Source of the DNA: Bacteroidaceae bacterium
GTDB taxonomy: Bacteria; Bacteroidota; Bacteroidia; Bacteroidales; Barnesiellaceae_A
Assembly (NCBI GenBank): GCA_017522135.1
Contig: JAFXAB010000029.1
Location: 3,610-67,609 of the forward strand
Direction: 5' to 3'
DNA length: 64,000 nt
Shown one piece after another: positions 54,569-64,000 of the stretch. Position 1 is the first letter of the stretch, and each line of letters starts with the position of its first letter. The notes under the pieces are model-generated. The model was given only the letters and a program-made list of their open reading frames with translations, was not told where the DNA came from and did not search any database. The position numbers were made by a program, and so were the translations under genes.

Positions 54569-56611
54569 ATGAAAAAAAACATCTGTATCATGTTGGCTTC
54601 ATTGTCACTCATGGCTTGCGCTCCCGGTGCAAACCAAAAAGAAAATGCGGAGTTTGACTACACTGTTGAGCGTTTTGCCGACCTCGAAGTGCTCCGCTAT
54701 CAAGTTAAAGGTTTTGACGAGTTGTCGCTCGATCAAAAGAAACTTATCTACTACCTGCAAGAGTCGGCTCTCTATGGTCGTGATATCCTTTTCGACCAAA
54801 ACAGTAAGTGGAGCTTGCCCATTCGTTATACCCTTGAGGCTATATATACCGGTTATCAAGGCGACAAAACTACAGCAGACTGGGCTGCTTTCGAGACCTA
54901 TATCAAGCAAATTTGGTTTGCCAATGGATTGCACCACCACTATTCAAGCGACAAGATTATTCCCGCCTTCTCGCAAGAGTTTTTTGCCGAGGCTGTTAAG
55001 GCTGTCGATGTTGCCAAGTTGCCCTTGCGCGATGGACAATCTGTAGAGGAGTTCTTGGCTACAATCACTCCCATTATGTTTGACCCCACTGTAATGCCCA
55101 AGCGTACCAATCAAGCCGATGGCGAAGATGTTGTGGCTACTTCGGCCGGTAATTACTACGATGGCGTGACACAAGCCGAGGCTGAGGCTTTCTACAATGC
55201 TATGAAAGACCCCAACGATGCTACACCTATCTCTTACGGACTCAACAGCCGTCTTGTTAAGCGCAATGGCAAAATCTATGAAGAGGTATACAAAATCGAT
55301 GGTCGCTACGGTCAAGCTATTGCTCGCATCGTCGAGTATCTCGAAAAAGCTGCAACTGTTGCCGAGAATGAGCAACAAAAGGCTGTTATCGAAAAACTTA
55401 TAGAGTACTATCGCACAGGCGATTTGAAAACATTTGATGAGTATGCAATTTTGTGGGTCAAAGACCTTGATAGTCGCATCGACTTTGTAAACGGTTTCAC
55501 TGAGTCTTATGGCGACCCCCTCGGCATGAAAGCCAGCTGGGAGTCTGTTGTGAACTTCAAGGACCTCGAGGCCTCTCGTCGCACAGAACTTATCAGCGAA
55601 AATGCCCAATGGTTTGAGGACAACTCACCCACAGAGCCTCGTTTCAAGAAAGAGAGCGTCAAGGGTGTTTCGGCCAAGGTTATCACTGCCGCTATCCTTG
55701 CCGGTGACTGCTATCCTTCAACTGCTATCGGTATCAACCTCCCCAATGCCAACTGGATACGTGCCACTCATGGCTCTAAGTCGGTTACTATCGACAACAT
55801 AACCGAGGCTTATGCCGAGGCTGCCAAGGGTAACGGTTTCAACGAAGAGTTTGTTTACAGCGATGTTGAGCGTAAATTGCTCGAAGAGTATGGTGGTATT
55901 ACAGGTGACTTGCACACCGACTTGCATGAGTGCTTGGGACACGGCTCGGGCAAGTTGCTCCCCGGTGTCGACCCCGACGCTTTGAAGGCTCACGGTTCTA
56001 CTCTCGAAGAGGCTCGCGCCGACCTTTTTGCTCTCTATTACATGGCCGATGCCAAGTTGGTAGAGTTGGGTATCATTCCCAATGCCGAGGCTTATAAGGC
56101 TTGCTACTACCAACAAATGATGAATGGTTTGATGACTCAATTGCACCGCATCGAGCCGGGTAAGGATATTGAAGAAAGCCACATGCGCGACCGTCAACTT
56201 ATCGCTGCTTGGGCTTACGACTTGGGTAAAGCCGACAACGTAATAGAGTTTGTAAACGTCGATGGCAAACACTATGTGAAGATTAACGACTACGTGAAAT
56301 TGCGCGAAATATTCGGTAAACAACTTGCCGAAATCCAACGCATCAAGAGCGAGGGTGACTATGAAGCCGGTCGTATCTTGGTTGAGAAATATGCTGTGAA
56401 GGTAGACCCCCAACTCCACCAAGAGGTGTTGGCTCGCTACGAGGCTCTCAACCTTGCTCCATACAAGGGCTTTGTAAACCCCGTATACACTGCTCATTAC
56501 GATGCCGAGGGTAACATTATCGATGTTACACTTGATTATACCGAGGGTTATGCCGAGCAAATGTTGCGTTACTCTAAAGACTACGCTACATTGCCTGCAT
56601 ATAACGACTGA
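54569..56611 (+). CDS. Dipeptidyl-peptidase III (M49 family) lipoprotein
   Basis: 680 aa with lipobox LSLMAC. The M49 zinc motifs are HECLGHGSG and EEARADLF. Confidence 0.85.
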   Translation: MKKNICIMLASLSLMACAPGANQKENAEFDYTVERFADLEVLRYQVKGFDELSLDQKKLIYYLQESALYGRDILFDQNSKWSLPIRYTLEAIYTGYQGDKTTADWAAFETYIKQIWFANGLHHHYSSDKIIPAFSQEFFAEAVKAVDVAKLPLRDGQSVEEFLATITPIMFDPTVMPKRTNQADGEDVVATSAGNYYDGVTQAEAEAFYNAMKDPNDATPISYGLNSRLVKRNGKIYEEVYKIDGRYGQAIARIVEYLEKAATVAENEQQKAVIEKLIEYYRTGDLKTFDEYAILWVKDLDSRIDFVNGFTESYGDPLGMKASWESVVNFKDLEASRRTELISENAQWFEDNSPTEPRFKKESVKGVSAKVITAAILAGDCYPSTAIGINLPNANWIRATHGSKSVTIDNITEAYAEAAKGNGFNEEFVYSDVERKLLEEYGGITGDLHTDLHECLGHGSGKLLPGVDPDALKAHGSTLEEARADLFALYYMADAKLVELGIIPNAEAYKACYYQQMMNGLMTQLHRIEPGKDIEESHMRDRQLIAAWAYDLGKADNVIEFVNVDGKHYVKINDYVKLREIFGKQLAEIQRIKSEGDYEAGRILVEKYAVKVDPQLHQEVLARYEALNLAPYKGFVNPVYTAHYDAEGNIIDVTLDYTEGYAEQMLRYSKDYATLPAYND

Positions 56612-56652
56612 TAAAACTGTGCAGGCTCATTAAGCCCGCAATCGTATATTAT

Positions 56653-56697
56653 ATTGCCCGTGCTGTGCTTTACGACACAGCATGGGCAATTTTTTTG
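56653..56697 (+). terminator. Intrinsic terminator after the DPP3 gene
   Basis: The stem is ATTGCCCGTGCTGTG (56653-56667) / CACAGCATGGGCAAT (56676-56690), followed by T7. Confidence 0.85.
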
Positions 56698-56752
56698 TAA
56701 TTTAGAATATTTTGTTATTTTTGCATTCTGTGTATAATCATATTATAATGTA

Positions 56753-59245
56753 ATGTGTATGCGTAATCTCTCTCTTATTACTCTTCTTCTCTTATGGAGT
56801 TGCGTCGCTGCAGTAGCGCAAGACCTCACCTTACAACGTGGCGAAAAGCAAGACTTTGGTGTGTTGCTGGGTGAAAAAATCGATCATGATGGTTTGGTTA
56901 TTAATCCTACACCGCAAGAATTGAAACGCTATGATACAACACTCGATATTTCGCATGGTGTGCTACTTGAGGGCAAGGCTGTAGGGTATGAGAAAGAGTT
57001 GGACTTCCTTGTGACAGCTCATGACGGGGTCGCATTGAGAGTAGACCAAGATGTAAACATGCCCGCACACTATGGCGTGAAGCTATTGCCCGGAGCCTAT
57101 CGGCTCGATATCACCGACCGAGGAATAGAAATAAAAGCGCATGATGACGCGGGTGTATTTTATGCTATCCAGACATTGCGGCAGATTACAGAGAGTGAAA
57201 TTGCCAAAGGTGGAAAATTGCCATCTCTTACCATCAACGATTGGCCTCAGTTGCCTTGCAGAGGTGTGGTAGAAGGTTTTTATGGAACACCTTGGTCGCA
57301 TCAGACACGCTTGTCGCTCATCGATTTTTATGGTCGATACAAAATGAACTACTACATATATGGGCCCAAAGACGACCCATATCACAGTTCGCCCAACTGG
57401 CGCGAGCCTTATCCCGATAATCAAGCCGAGAATATACGCCAACTGGTAGAGGCCTGTCGACGCAATCGTGTCAATTTTGTGTGGGCTATTCATCCCGGGC
57501 AGGATATTCGTTGGGATGAGGAGGATTATAACAATTTATTGCGTAAGTTTGAGTATATGTATAGCTTGGGTGTGCGAGCGTTTGCTATACACTTTGACGA
57601 TATATCGGGTGCAGGAGCCAATCCCATTCATCAGATAGCGTTGCTTAACCGTCTCAACGAAGAGTTTGTGGCCACACAGGGCGATATTGCACCGCTTATC
57701 GTGTGTCCCACCGATTATACACGTCTATGGGCCAATCCCACCCCCAATGGCAGCTTGGTACAATATGGCAACATGTTGCACCCATCGATAGATATTTTCT
57801 GGACAGGCGATGCCGTATGTAGCGACCTCACCGAAGAGACCGTTGCATGGGTAGGCGAGCGTGTGCAACGTCCTATTCTATTCTGGTGGAATTATCCTGT
57901 TACCGACTATGTTCGTCACATATTGCTGCAAGCACCGGTATATGGGCTCTCTCCGACAATGAACGTCGACAAAGTGCGAGGCATCGTCAGCAACCCGATG
58001 GAGCATGGCGAAGCCTCAAAGCTGGCTCTGTATAGTGTTGCCGACTATGCGTGGAATACCCTCGCATACAATCCCATCGACAGTTGGGAGCGTGCTATGG
58101 AGGTTATGGCTCCCGATGTCAGCGATGCATATCGTAAATTTGCTATTCACTCGTGCGATACCGAAACAGGCTATCGTCGCATAGAATCGTGGGAGACCGA
58201 GACCTTTACCCTCGATACCTATACTCCGCAACTTGCCGAGAAACTCAAGGCCGAGTGTGTGGCTATAGAGGCTGTTCCGTCGCAAATGCAAGGGTGTCAT
58301 AACAAAGCCCTGCTTGCCGAGTTGAGTCCCTGGTTGATTGAATTTGGTAAGCTGGGTACTCGCTGTCGTCAAGCCATTGAAACCTTAGAATTGTATAACG
58401 CCGGGCAATATCAATCCTTCTGGAGTGCTTATGTAGATAATCTTATGACACAAGAAGAGATTGAGGCATACAATGCACACAGCAGTGGAACAATGAAGTT
58501 GCAACCTTTCTACAAGAACCTGATGGACGAGATGGCGGCATCGTTCTATGAGTTGTTGTCGGGAAATAAAGCCTCGGTATATGAGCCTATCGGTACATAC
58601 TCATCGTTACAAGCTCCGCAAGCCAAGTATATGTTTGACGACGATACCGCTACCTATTACCATTCGGGTGCAGGACAGCGCACCGACCACTATGTCGCTA
58701 TCGATATGGGGTTTGTGCAAGAAGTCAATCATGTGCACATTCTGCAAGGGCGCAATTCGGTCGATGATGTCGATTACTTCGACCATGCCATTCTCGAATA
58801 TTCTATCGATGGTGATACTTGGTGTGCTCTCTCCGATACTCTCGTTGGTGTATATGATATTACATGGAAGGGCGAACCCGTTGAGGCGCGTTATGTGCGC
58901 ATGCGCAAACTGCCTTCGCGCAAGACCAATTGGCTTGCAATTCGCTCTTTTGAGATAAACCCCGTCGAAAAATCCTTATATCATATCGACCAAAATCCCT
59001 ATACAGCCTTATCTGCAACCTCAACTGTGTATGTCGAGCTGCCACATGAAACCTCGCGCTGTGTGTTGCTCATGGGCGATATAGACCCGGCTCAAAATCC
59101 TACATGCAGCTTGTATAAGCGAGATGGCAAATTGTTGCGAAAAATAGATATTCACTCGTCTCTGTTGGAAATCGATATCACCCATGCAACTACCTTGCAT
59201 ATCGATGGGGTAGATACAATATACGAGATAATACTCCTTCCATAA
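56753..59245 (+). CDS. GH84 beta-N-acetylglucosaminidase (O-GlcNAcase-like) with C-terminal discoidin/F5-8-type-C-like domain
   Basis: 830 aa. GVVEGFYGTPWSHQTRLSLIDFYGRYKMNYYIYGPKDDPYH and IHFDDISG (catalytic Asp-Asp) are typical of GH84. The start could instead be ATG 56759 (MRNLSLITLLL). Confidence 0.85.
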   Translation: MCMRNLSLITLLLLWSCVAAVAQDLTLQRGEKQDFGVLLGEKIDHDGLVINPTPQELKRYDTTLDISHGVLLEGKAVGYEKELDFLVTAHDGVALRVDQDVNMPAHYGVKLLPGAYRLDITDRGIEIKAHDDAGVFYAIQTLRQITESEIAKGGKLPSLTINDWPQLPCRGVVEGFYGTPWSHQTRLSLIDFYGRYKMNYYIYGPKDDPYHSSPNWREPYPDNQAENIRQLVEACRRNRVNFVWAIHPGQDIRWDEEDYNNLLRKFEYMYSLGVRAFAIHFDDISGAGANPIHQIALLNRLNEEFVATQGDIAPLIVCPTDYTRLWANPTPNGSLVQYGNMLHPSIDIFWTGDAVCSDLTEETVAWVGERVQRPILFWWNYPVTDYVRHILLQAPVYGLSPTMNVDKVRGIVSNPMEHGEASKLALYSVADYAWNTLAYNPIDSWERAMEVMAPDVSDAYRKFAIHSCDTETGYRRIESWETETFTLDTYTPQLAEKLKAECVAIEAVPSQMQGCHNKALLAELSPWLIEFGKLGTRCRQAIETLELYNAGQYQSFWSAYVDNLMTQEEIEAYNAHSSGTMKLQPFYKNLMDEMAASFYELLSGNKASVYEPIGTYSSLQAPQAKYMFDDDTATYYHSGAGQRTDHYVAIDMGFVQEVNHVHILQGRNSVDDVDYFDHAILEYSIDGDTWCALSDTLVGVYDITWKGEPVEARYVRMRKLPSRKTNWLAIRSFEINPVEKSLYHIDQNPYTALSATSTVYVELPHETSRCVLLMGDIDPAQNPTCSLYKRDGKLLRKIDIHSSLLEIDITHATTLHIDGVDTIYEIILLP

Positions 59246-59293
59246 CCATCGTAGCCCGCAACACAATTGTGCTGCGGGCTACGATGGTTATGG
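59240..59293. terminator. Very long perfect hairpin (21-bp stem) between convergent GH84 and phosphatase genes
   Basis: The stem is CCATAACCATCGTAGCCCGCA (59240-59260) / TGCGGGCTACGATGGTTATGG (59273-59293). The GH84 stop codon (59243-59245) lies inside the left arm. Confidence 0.7.
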
Positions 59294-59320
59294 AATTGTC
59301 GGATGACAACCTCCTATTTC

Positions 59321-60064
59321 CTAAAACTGTATCTTATTGTTGAGGATATTGGCGGCTTTTTCTTCCAGCTTACGATATTCGCGCGTCTTCATATACTCCT
59401 TAATGTGTCGTGCATGACCTATATTGTGCATGTCGCTACCAATAAACGACACCATACCATCGTTGAGCATCTTCCATGCCATCTCTTTCACTTGCGGATA
59501 GTAATAGCCACTGAGCGAGAGGAAGTTTACTTGGAATAGGCATCCATAGTCGTACAACTCCTTGTAAATTTTGGGTGTCTTGTGGTAGTAGACATATCGC
59601 TCGGGGTGTGCCAATATAGGGGTATAACCCTTCATCTTAAGGTCAAAGATAAGCTCCTTGATCTCCCAGTAAGGTTGAAAGAACGAGTTTTCTATCAAGA
59701 TAAAATCTTCGGGAAAAGGGAGTAGCTTGTTTGTCTTTATTTGATTAAGAAAATATTCGTCCATACGATATTCGGCCGAGGTGTGTATCTCCATCTCAAT
59801 CCCCTCGGCATCAAGAGCACTCCTCAACTTCTTGTATGCTCCTTGAATTGTTTCCGGCGTATTCTCAAAGGTGCTTTCGGTAACGTGCGATGTGGTAATG
59901 ATGCGACGAATACCCAAATTTTTCATCTCTTTAACCAACTCAACCGATGTAGCCACATCTGGCGAACCATCGTCAATGCCCGGTAGGATATGACAGTGCA
60001 CCTCGGTATCGTAAAACAATGTGGTGTTATTATCTTTTTTCTTGAATATATCAAATATTCCCAT
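59321..60064 (-). CDS. PHP-family protein-tyrosine phosphatase (CpsB/CapC/YwqE-like)
   Basis: 247 aa with N-terminal DTEVHCHILPGIDDGS, plus AHPERY and GSDMHN motifs. A TAACTTTG box lies at 60093-60100 on the minus strand. Confidence 0.85.
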   Translation of the reverse strand: MGIFDIFKKKDNNTTLFYDTEVHCHILPGIDDGSPDVATSVELVKEMKNLGIRRIITTSHVTESTFENTPETIQGAYKKLRSALDAEGIEMEIHTSAEYRMDEYFLNQIKTNKLLPFPEDFILIENSFFQPYWEIKELIFDLKMKGYTPILAHPERYVYYHKTPKIYKELYDYGCLFQVNFLSLSGYYYPQVKEMAWKMLNDGMVSFIGSDMHNIGHARHIKEYMKTREYRKLEEKAANILNNKIQF

Positions 60065-60325
60065 AGTATACTACATATTATATTTCACCTTACAAAGTTA
60101 GCGATAATCGCATAGAGAACAAAAAAACTTGATTGTTTTTTCAGAATTTTATCTGTAGCGAAGAGTGACGAAGAGTGCTTGTGACAAAAAAAATAACGAT
60201 GTACACTGATTTTTTTGCTTAGAATATTTGTTCGATTTCTCGAAAGTTCGTACATTTGCAAGCCATTACAAAGTATCACGCTTTACCAACGTGGTTAAAT
60301 GTATAACTATTAAGAACTTAGAACA

Positions 60326-60574
60326 ATGAAAAAAGGAATACATCCCGAGAATTATCGTCCCGTAGTCTTCAAAGACATGTCGAACGAGGAAATTTTCATC
60401 AGCCGTAGCACTATCGCTACTAAAGAGACCATCGAGGTAAACGGTGAAACTTACCCCTTAGTAAAACTTGAAATCACCAGCGCATCGCACCCCTTCTACA
60501 CAGGTAAGCAAAAACTTGTGGATACTGCCGGTCGCGTTGATAAGTTCATGAGCCGTTACGGTCGTAAGAAATAA
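60326..60574 (+). CDS. rpmE: 50S ribosomal protein L31, type B (no CxxC zinc motif)
   Basis: 82 aa: [15 protein letters not shown]...[29 protein letters not shown] box lies at 60251-60258. Confidence 0.95.
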   Translation: MKKGIHPENYRPVVFKDMSNEEIFISRSTIATKETIEVNGETYPLVKLEITSASHPFYTGKQKLVDTAGRVDKFMSRYGRKK

Positions 60575-60601
60575 TGTGAATTCACATTGTATTTACATAT
60601 C

Positions 60602-60638
60602 GAGGCTGTGTCGTTTTCGACACAGCCTCTTTATCTTT
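60602..60638 (+). terminator. Intrinsic terminator after rpmE
   Basis: A 12-bp stem GAGGCTGTGTCG (60602-60613) / CGACACAGCCTC (60618-60629) is followed by a T-rich tail. Confidence 0.85.
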
Positions 60639-60689
60639 GTAAGATTTTTATTTTCCTGCAATTGTCTTTGAATTTTATCTGCAAGTGAT

Positions 60690-61586
60690 ATGATACAGAA
60701 ACTACGCACATACGCTCTCCCCATCGCTATGATAGCCGGTTTTCTTGCACATGATTTTGCCGCTTCTATAGCCTTTCTTACTCCCTATCTGCTATTTGCC
60801 ATGTTGTTGGTGTCATATTGCAAGATCGACATGCATTCGCTTAGTATCAAGCCCTTGTATGCATGGTTGCTTGCAATACAGTTTATTGGCGCATGGGGAG
60901 TATATTTTTTGCTCAAAATGTACGACCCCATTGTGGCTCAAGGTGCGTTTATATGCCTCTTTTGTCCTACGGCCACCTCGGCACCGGTGGTGGCGGCAAT
61001 GTTGGGCGGCAACCTTTCGCTCTTGGTAGGGTATAGTCTTCTGTGTAATTTGTCGGTTGCGATCGCGGCTCCACTCTTTTTTTCGCTTATTGGCATACAC
61101 ACCGAGCTGGCATTTTTCGACTCGGTAATGATTATTTGTAAGCAAGTGTTGCCGTTGTTGCTTTTGCCTCTTCTCTTGGCTGCTCTCATGCAACGATACC
61201 TGCCACGCTTGCACATGGCTCTCCGTTCTCGTCCTTCTATATCCTTTTATCTGTGGGTGGTTGCCCTGTTTATAGTTGTGGGCAAGTCGCTAAACTTTGT
61301 TATGCAACAGTCGCTTTCTTCTCTTCAGCAGGAAATTGTGCTTGCGATAGTGGCCTTGCTGTGTTGTATAGTACAGTTTGTATTGGGGCGCGTCTTGGGA
61401 GCGCGTTACGGTGACAAGGTGTCGGGTGCTCAAGGATTGGGTCAGAAAAATACGGTGCTTGCTATTTGGATGGCATTGACCTATTTGCATCCTATTGCCT
61501 CTGTTGCACCGGCATCTTATGTTATTTGGCAAAATATTATCAACTCGAGTCAAATAATGCTGAATAATAAAAAAATAAAACAATAG
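60690..61586 (+). CDS. Polytopic membrane transporter, bile-acid:Na+ symporter (BASS/SBF-like) family
   Basis: 298 aa and strongly hydrophobic with ~9-10 predicted helices. Motifs such as CPTATSAPVVAAMLGGN and GLGQKNTVLAIW resemble SBF-like transporters. The family call is tentative. Confidence 0.55.
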   Translation: MIQKLRTYALPIAMIAGFLAHDFAASIAFLTPYLLFAMLLVSYCKIDMHSLSIKPLYAWLLAIQFIGAWGVYFLLKMYDPIVAQGAFICLFCPTATSAPVVAAMLGGNLSLLVGYSLLCNLSVAIAAPLFFSLIGIHTELAFFDSVMIICKQVLPLLLLPLLLAALMQRYLPRLHMALRSRPSISFYLWVVALFIVVGKSLNFVMQQSLSSLQQEIVLAIVALLCCIVQFVLGRVLGARYGDKVSGAQGLGQKNTVLAIWMALTYLHPIASVAPASYVIWQNIINSSQIMLNNKKIKQ

Positions 61587-61804
61587 ATGACGTAAAGTTA
61601 TGAAAACTAAATATATTCGGTTAAATAATGTATATTTATAAGTGTATTAACATTATTTAACTCTAATTTCTTGTTTTATGATATAATTTCTCACAAAATG
61701 CCCGTTGTTTTCGGTATTTTATCTTAAATTTGCACCGTATTTCCGTTGTAGAAAAAAATATATAAGTTTTAATCAATAATACTAACAATTTAATAGAGCT
61801 AATT

Positions 61805-61981
61805 ATGGTAACATTAGTTGAAAAAATCAAACAAGAGTGGGCTGCATTTGAGACTAACGCAAATGCTGTGGTAGAAAAAGGCAATAAAGCCGCAGGTGTT
61901 CGTGCTCGCAAAAGTTCTTTGGAGTTGGAAAAACTCTTCAAAGAGTTCCGTAAAGCTTCTGTAGAAGCTGCAAAGAAATAA
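61805..61981 (+). CDS. Small histone H1/Hc1-like basic protein (58 aa, below the ORF-track cutoff)
   Basis: ATG 61805 to TAA 61979-61981 gives MVTLVEKIKQEWAAFETNANAVVEKGNKAAGVRARKSSLELEKLFKEFRKASVEAAKK. A TAAATTTG box lies at 61725-61732. A hairpin plus T-run follows the stop (about 62006-62045). Confidence 0.65.
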   Translation: MVTLVEKIKQEWAAFETNANAVVEKGNKAAGVRARKSSLELEKLFKEFRKASVEAAKK

Positions 61982-62058
61982 TTATTCTTTTATCGGCAAA
62001 TAAAAGGCCTTCACACGCCCCTATCGGGGAGTTGGAAGGCTTTTTAAGTATCTGTTTT

Positions 62059-62520
62059 ATGAAACTCAGTGACGAATGGTTTACGGCTGTAGCCGAGAGT
62101 GAAGTGGGCAACGATACTATCTTCGTGTCGGGGCGTTGCAATATTGACGAATTTATAAAATCGGGTAAGTTCAAAGAACGTGCCGAGGTGACTTGGTCCT
62201 ATCAGGCCGACGCAAAGGGCATGCCCGATGATGAGGTTGCACAACGCATGGAGGAGGTGCAACTTGTGCTCAAGCGTGCCATGGAGAAAAACAAGTTGGC
62301 CATCCTTACGGGTGTTTACACCGGTGCCGGAGAGCGCAATATGGTCTTTTATACGCGCAATATACCTGCTTTTGGTACTACTCTCAACGAGGCTTTGGCT
62401 ACCTTTGAGTTGTTGCCTCTTACAATATATACCGAGAAAGACCCCGATTGGAACGAATATTGCGAGATGTGTATGTTGCGCAACGACGATGTGGAGGATA
62501 TGATCGACGATGAAGTATGA
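62059..62520 (+). CDS. DUF695-like protein
   Basis: I set the start at ATG 62059 (MKLSDEWFTAVAE...) because the ORF-track start 62032 lies inside the upstream terminator. The family assignment is from memory of DUF695 architecture. Confidence 0.55.
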   Translation: MKLSDEWFTAVAESEVGNDTIFVSGRCNIDEFIKSGKFKERAEVTWSYQADAKGMPDDEVAQRMEEVQLVLKRAMEKNKLAILTGVYTGAGERNMVFYTRNIPAFGTTLNEALATFELLPLTIYTEKDPDWNEYCEMCMLRNDDVEDMIDDEV

Positions 62521-62571
62521 TATCGTCGCGCTTTCTCTTTTTTGCTATCACACTGCTATAACATATAATTT

Positions 62572-63744
62572 ATGAAATACAATTTTGACGAGTCTGTTAT
62601 TCGTCACAATACCGATTGTATCAAATACGATGCTCTGCAAGAGTTTTATGGCACTGAAGATTTGTTGCCCATGTGGATTGCCGATATGGACTTCAAGTCG
62701 CCACCATGTGTTACCGAAGTATTGCGTCGTAGAGTAGAGCACGAAATATACGGATACTCTGTAGTCAATGCACAGTGGAAGCCGGCTATCGTCAATTGGT
62801 TGTTACGTCGTCACGGATGGCATGTAGAAGAGTATGAGATAGGGTTTGTTGGAGGTATAGTACCGGCTTTGGCTTTTGTGCTTGAGGTTTTTACCGAGGT
62901 GGGCGACAAGGTGTTGATGCAACCTCCTGTATATCACCCATACAACTTCGTCACACGCGACATGCAACGCGAGCCGGTTATCAACCCTCTCTTGCTTGTC
63001 GACGGGCAGTATCAAATAGACTTTGACGACTTTGAGCAAAAAGCATCTCAATGTAAGATTTTCTTTTTGTGCAACCCTCACAACCCCGGTGGACGTGTGT
63101 GGACTCCCGATGAGTTGACTCGCATGGCACAAATTTGTGTGCGGCACAATGTCTTGGTTGTTTCCGACGAAATTCACTGTGATATGCCTCTGAAGGGATA
63201 CAAGCATACACCTTTTGCTATGGTTGGTGATATTGCCGCTCAAAATTGTATAACCCTCATGGCTGCCAGCAAAACTTTCAATATTGCCGGTCTCAAAAGC
63301 TCCTATCACATTATTCATAATACCGCACTACGCGAACAATTTGCCCGATATTTGCGTCACAGAGAGCTCGATACGGCTCACCTCTTTGCTACCGAAGCTG
63401 TCGCTGCTGCGTATACACATGGAGAGGAGTGGCTCGGTCAAATGTTGGAGTATGTAGAGGCTAATATCGACTATATGCAAGAGTATATTCGTGTTCACAT
63501 GCCTCGCCTCGGTATGATACGTCCCCAGGCCTCCTATTTGGTATTTCTCGATGCTCGAGCTCTGCAACTATCCGATGAGGAGTTGGCGCGTTTCTTTATT
63601 CAAGAGGCTCGTGTGGCGGTCAATCCCGGGGCTCTCTTTGGTGAGGGTGGCAGCGGATTTGTTCGTATGAATTTGGGGTGTCCCCGTTCTACCTTGCAAT
63701 CGGCTCTCCATCGCATCAAGGTGGCGTATGACAAACTTCTATAA
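62572..63744 (+). CDS. PLP-dependent C-S lyase / aminotransferase class I-II (MalY/PatB-like cystathionine beta-lyase)
   Basis: 390 aa with the typical MalY/PatB N-terminus (FDESVIRHNTDCIKYD...LPMWIADMDF), SDEIHCD, and PLP-Lys context SKTFNIAGLK. Confidence 0.85.
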   Translation: MKYNFDESVIRHNTDCIKYDALQEFYGTEDLLPMWIADMDFKSPPCVTEVLRRRVEHEIYGYSVVNAQWKPAIVNWLLRRHGWHVEEYEIGFVGGIVPALAFVLEVFTEVGDKVLMQPPVYHPYNFVTRDMQREPVINPLLLVDGQYQIDFDDFEQKASQCKIFFLCNPHNPGGRVWTPDELTRMAQICVRHNVLVVSDEIHCDMPLKGYKHTPFAMVGDIAAQNCITLMAASKTFNIAGLKSSYHIIHNTALREQFARYLRHRELDTAHLFATEAVAAAYTHGEEWLGQMLEYVEANIDYMQEYIRVHMPRLGMIRPQASYLVFLDARALQLSDEELARFFIQEARVAVNPGALFGEGGSGFVRMNLGCPRSTLQSALHRIKVAYDKLL

Positions 63745-63766
63745 TTTTCTATAGCACATAAAATAC

Positions 63767-63801
63767 AGCCGTTGTGTCATCTTCCCGATACAACGGCTTT
63801 G
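63767..63801 (+). terminator. Terminator hairpin after the MalY/PatB-like gene
   Basis: The stem is AGCCGTTGT (63767-63775) / ACAACGGCT (63790-63798), followed by TTTG. Confidence 0.6.
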
Positions 63802-63876
63802 TCAATATTATCCCTTTTATGTGCTCCATTTCATCGAAAATAATGTATCTTTGTGCTAACATTCAATCGTAAAAAA

Positions 63877-64000
63877 GTGGAACAAAAAGAACTTGTAAAA
63901 AGGTTGCAACAACAGCTTGGTAAAAGTCGCGAAGAGGTAGAAGCTATGCTTGATGCCTTTTGCGATACGGTTGTAGAGCGATGTTCGCTCATGGATAGTA
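63877..64000 (+). CDS. HU/IHF-family DNA-binding protein, N-terminal part (runs off the right edge)
   Basis: The GTG at 63877 gives (M)EQKELVKRLQQQLGKSREEVEAMLDAFCDTVVERCSLMDS, which shows the HU-type helix1-helix2 pattern. A TATCTTTG box lies at 63845-63852. Confidence 0.5.
   Translation, partial: MEQKELVKRLQQQLGKSREEVEAMLDAFCDTVVERCSLMDS

Noticed and set aside
59021-59539. Two ORFs on opposite strands that both begin MCCGLRWLW.
   Set aside because: This is a mirror artefact of the 21-bp perfect inverted repeat at 59240-59293. Both overlap real genes (GH84 on the plus strand, the phosphatase on the minus strand).

Overview
This is a 64-kb chromosomal window that looks like a Bacteroidota (Bacteroidales-type) genome. 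The evidence is TAnnTTTG -7 promoter boxes upstream of many genes, a Rho factor with a long disordered N-terminal insertion, and 12 complete plus 1 partial genes whose products end in a T9SS (Por) C-terminal sorting domain (CTD). Ordinary housekeeping blocks are: 5.7-13.1 kb (crp/fnr-like regulator, tdh-kbl, DEAD-box helicase, argR, rho), 19.7-22.1 kb (tilS, ROK glucokinase) and 44.2-64 kb (DUF2148-aguA-aguB, yiiX-like, clpB, dxr, rseP, rlmI, DPP3, GH84, cpsB-like phosphatase, L31, transporter, H1-like protein, DUF695, patB/malY-like, HU-like). Accessory content falls in three places. (i) 0-5.5 kb holds BspA-type LRR, RCC1-LRR and unknown T9SS cargo genes, plus an 800-bp repeat-rich non-coding gap. 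(ii) 13.5-19.6 kb is a two-gene operon encoding a giant LRR protein with a dockerin-like and a cohesin-like module, followed by a protein with three cohesin-like modules. (iii) 22.2-44.1 kb holds eight consecutive T9SS cargo genes made of the same three protein classes on two divergent arms. Best candidates for something new are the cohesin/dockerin-like T9SS operon, the repeated three-class cargo module, and a conserved ~390-nt leader shared by the two BspA-like genes. Two further points stand out: an in-frame TAA interrupts the essential rho gene, and a perfect FNR-type box lies between a Crp/Fnr regulator gene and a cargo operon. No rRNA, tRNA, CRISPR array, transposase or integrase was seen. 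All calls rest on reading the translations and DNA by eye. No HMM, BLAST or folding software was run.
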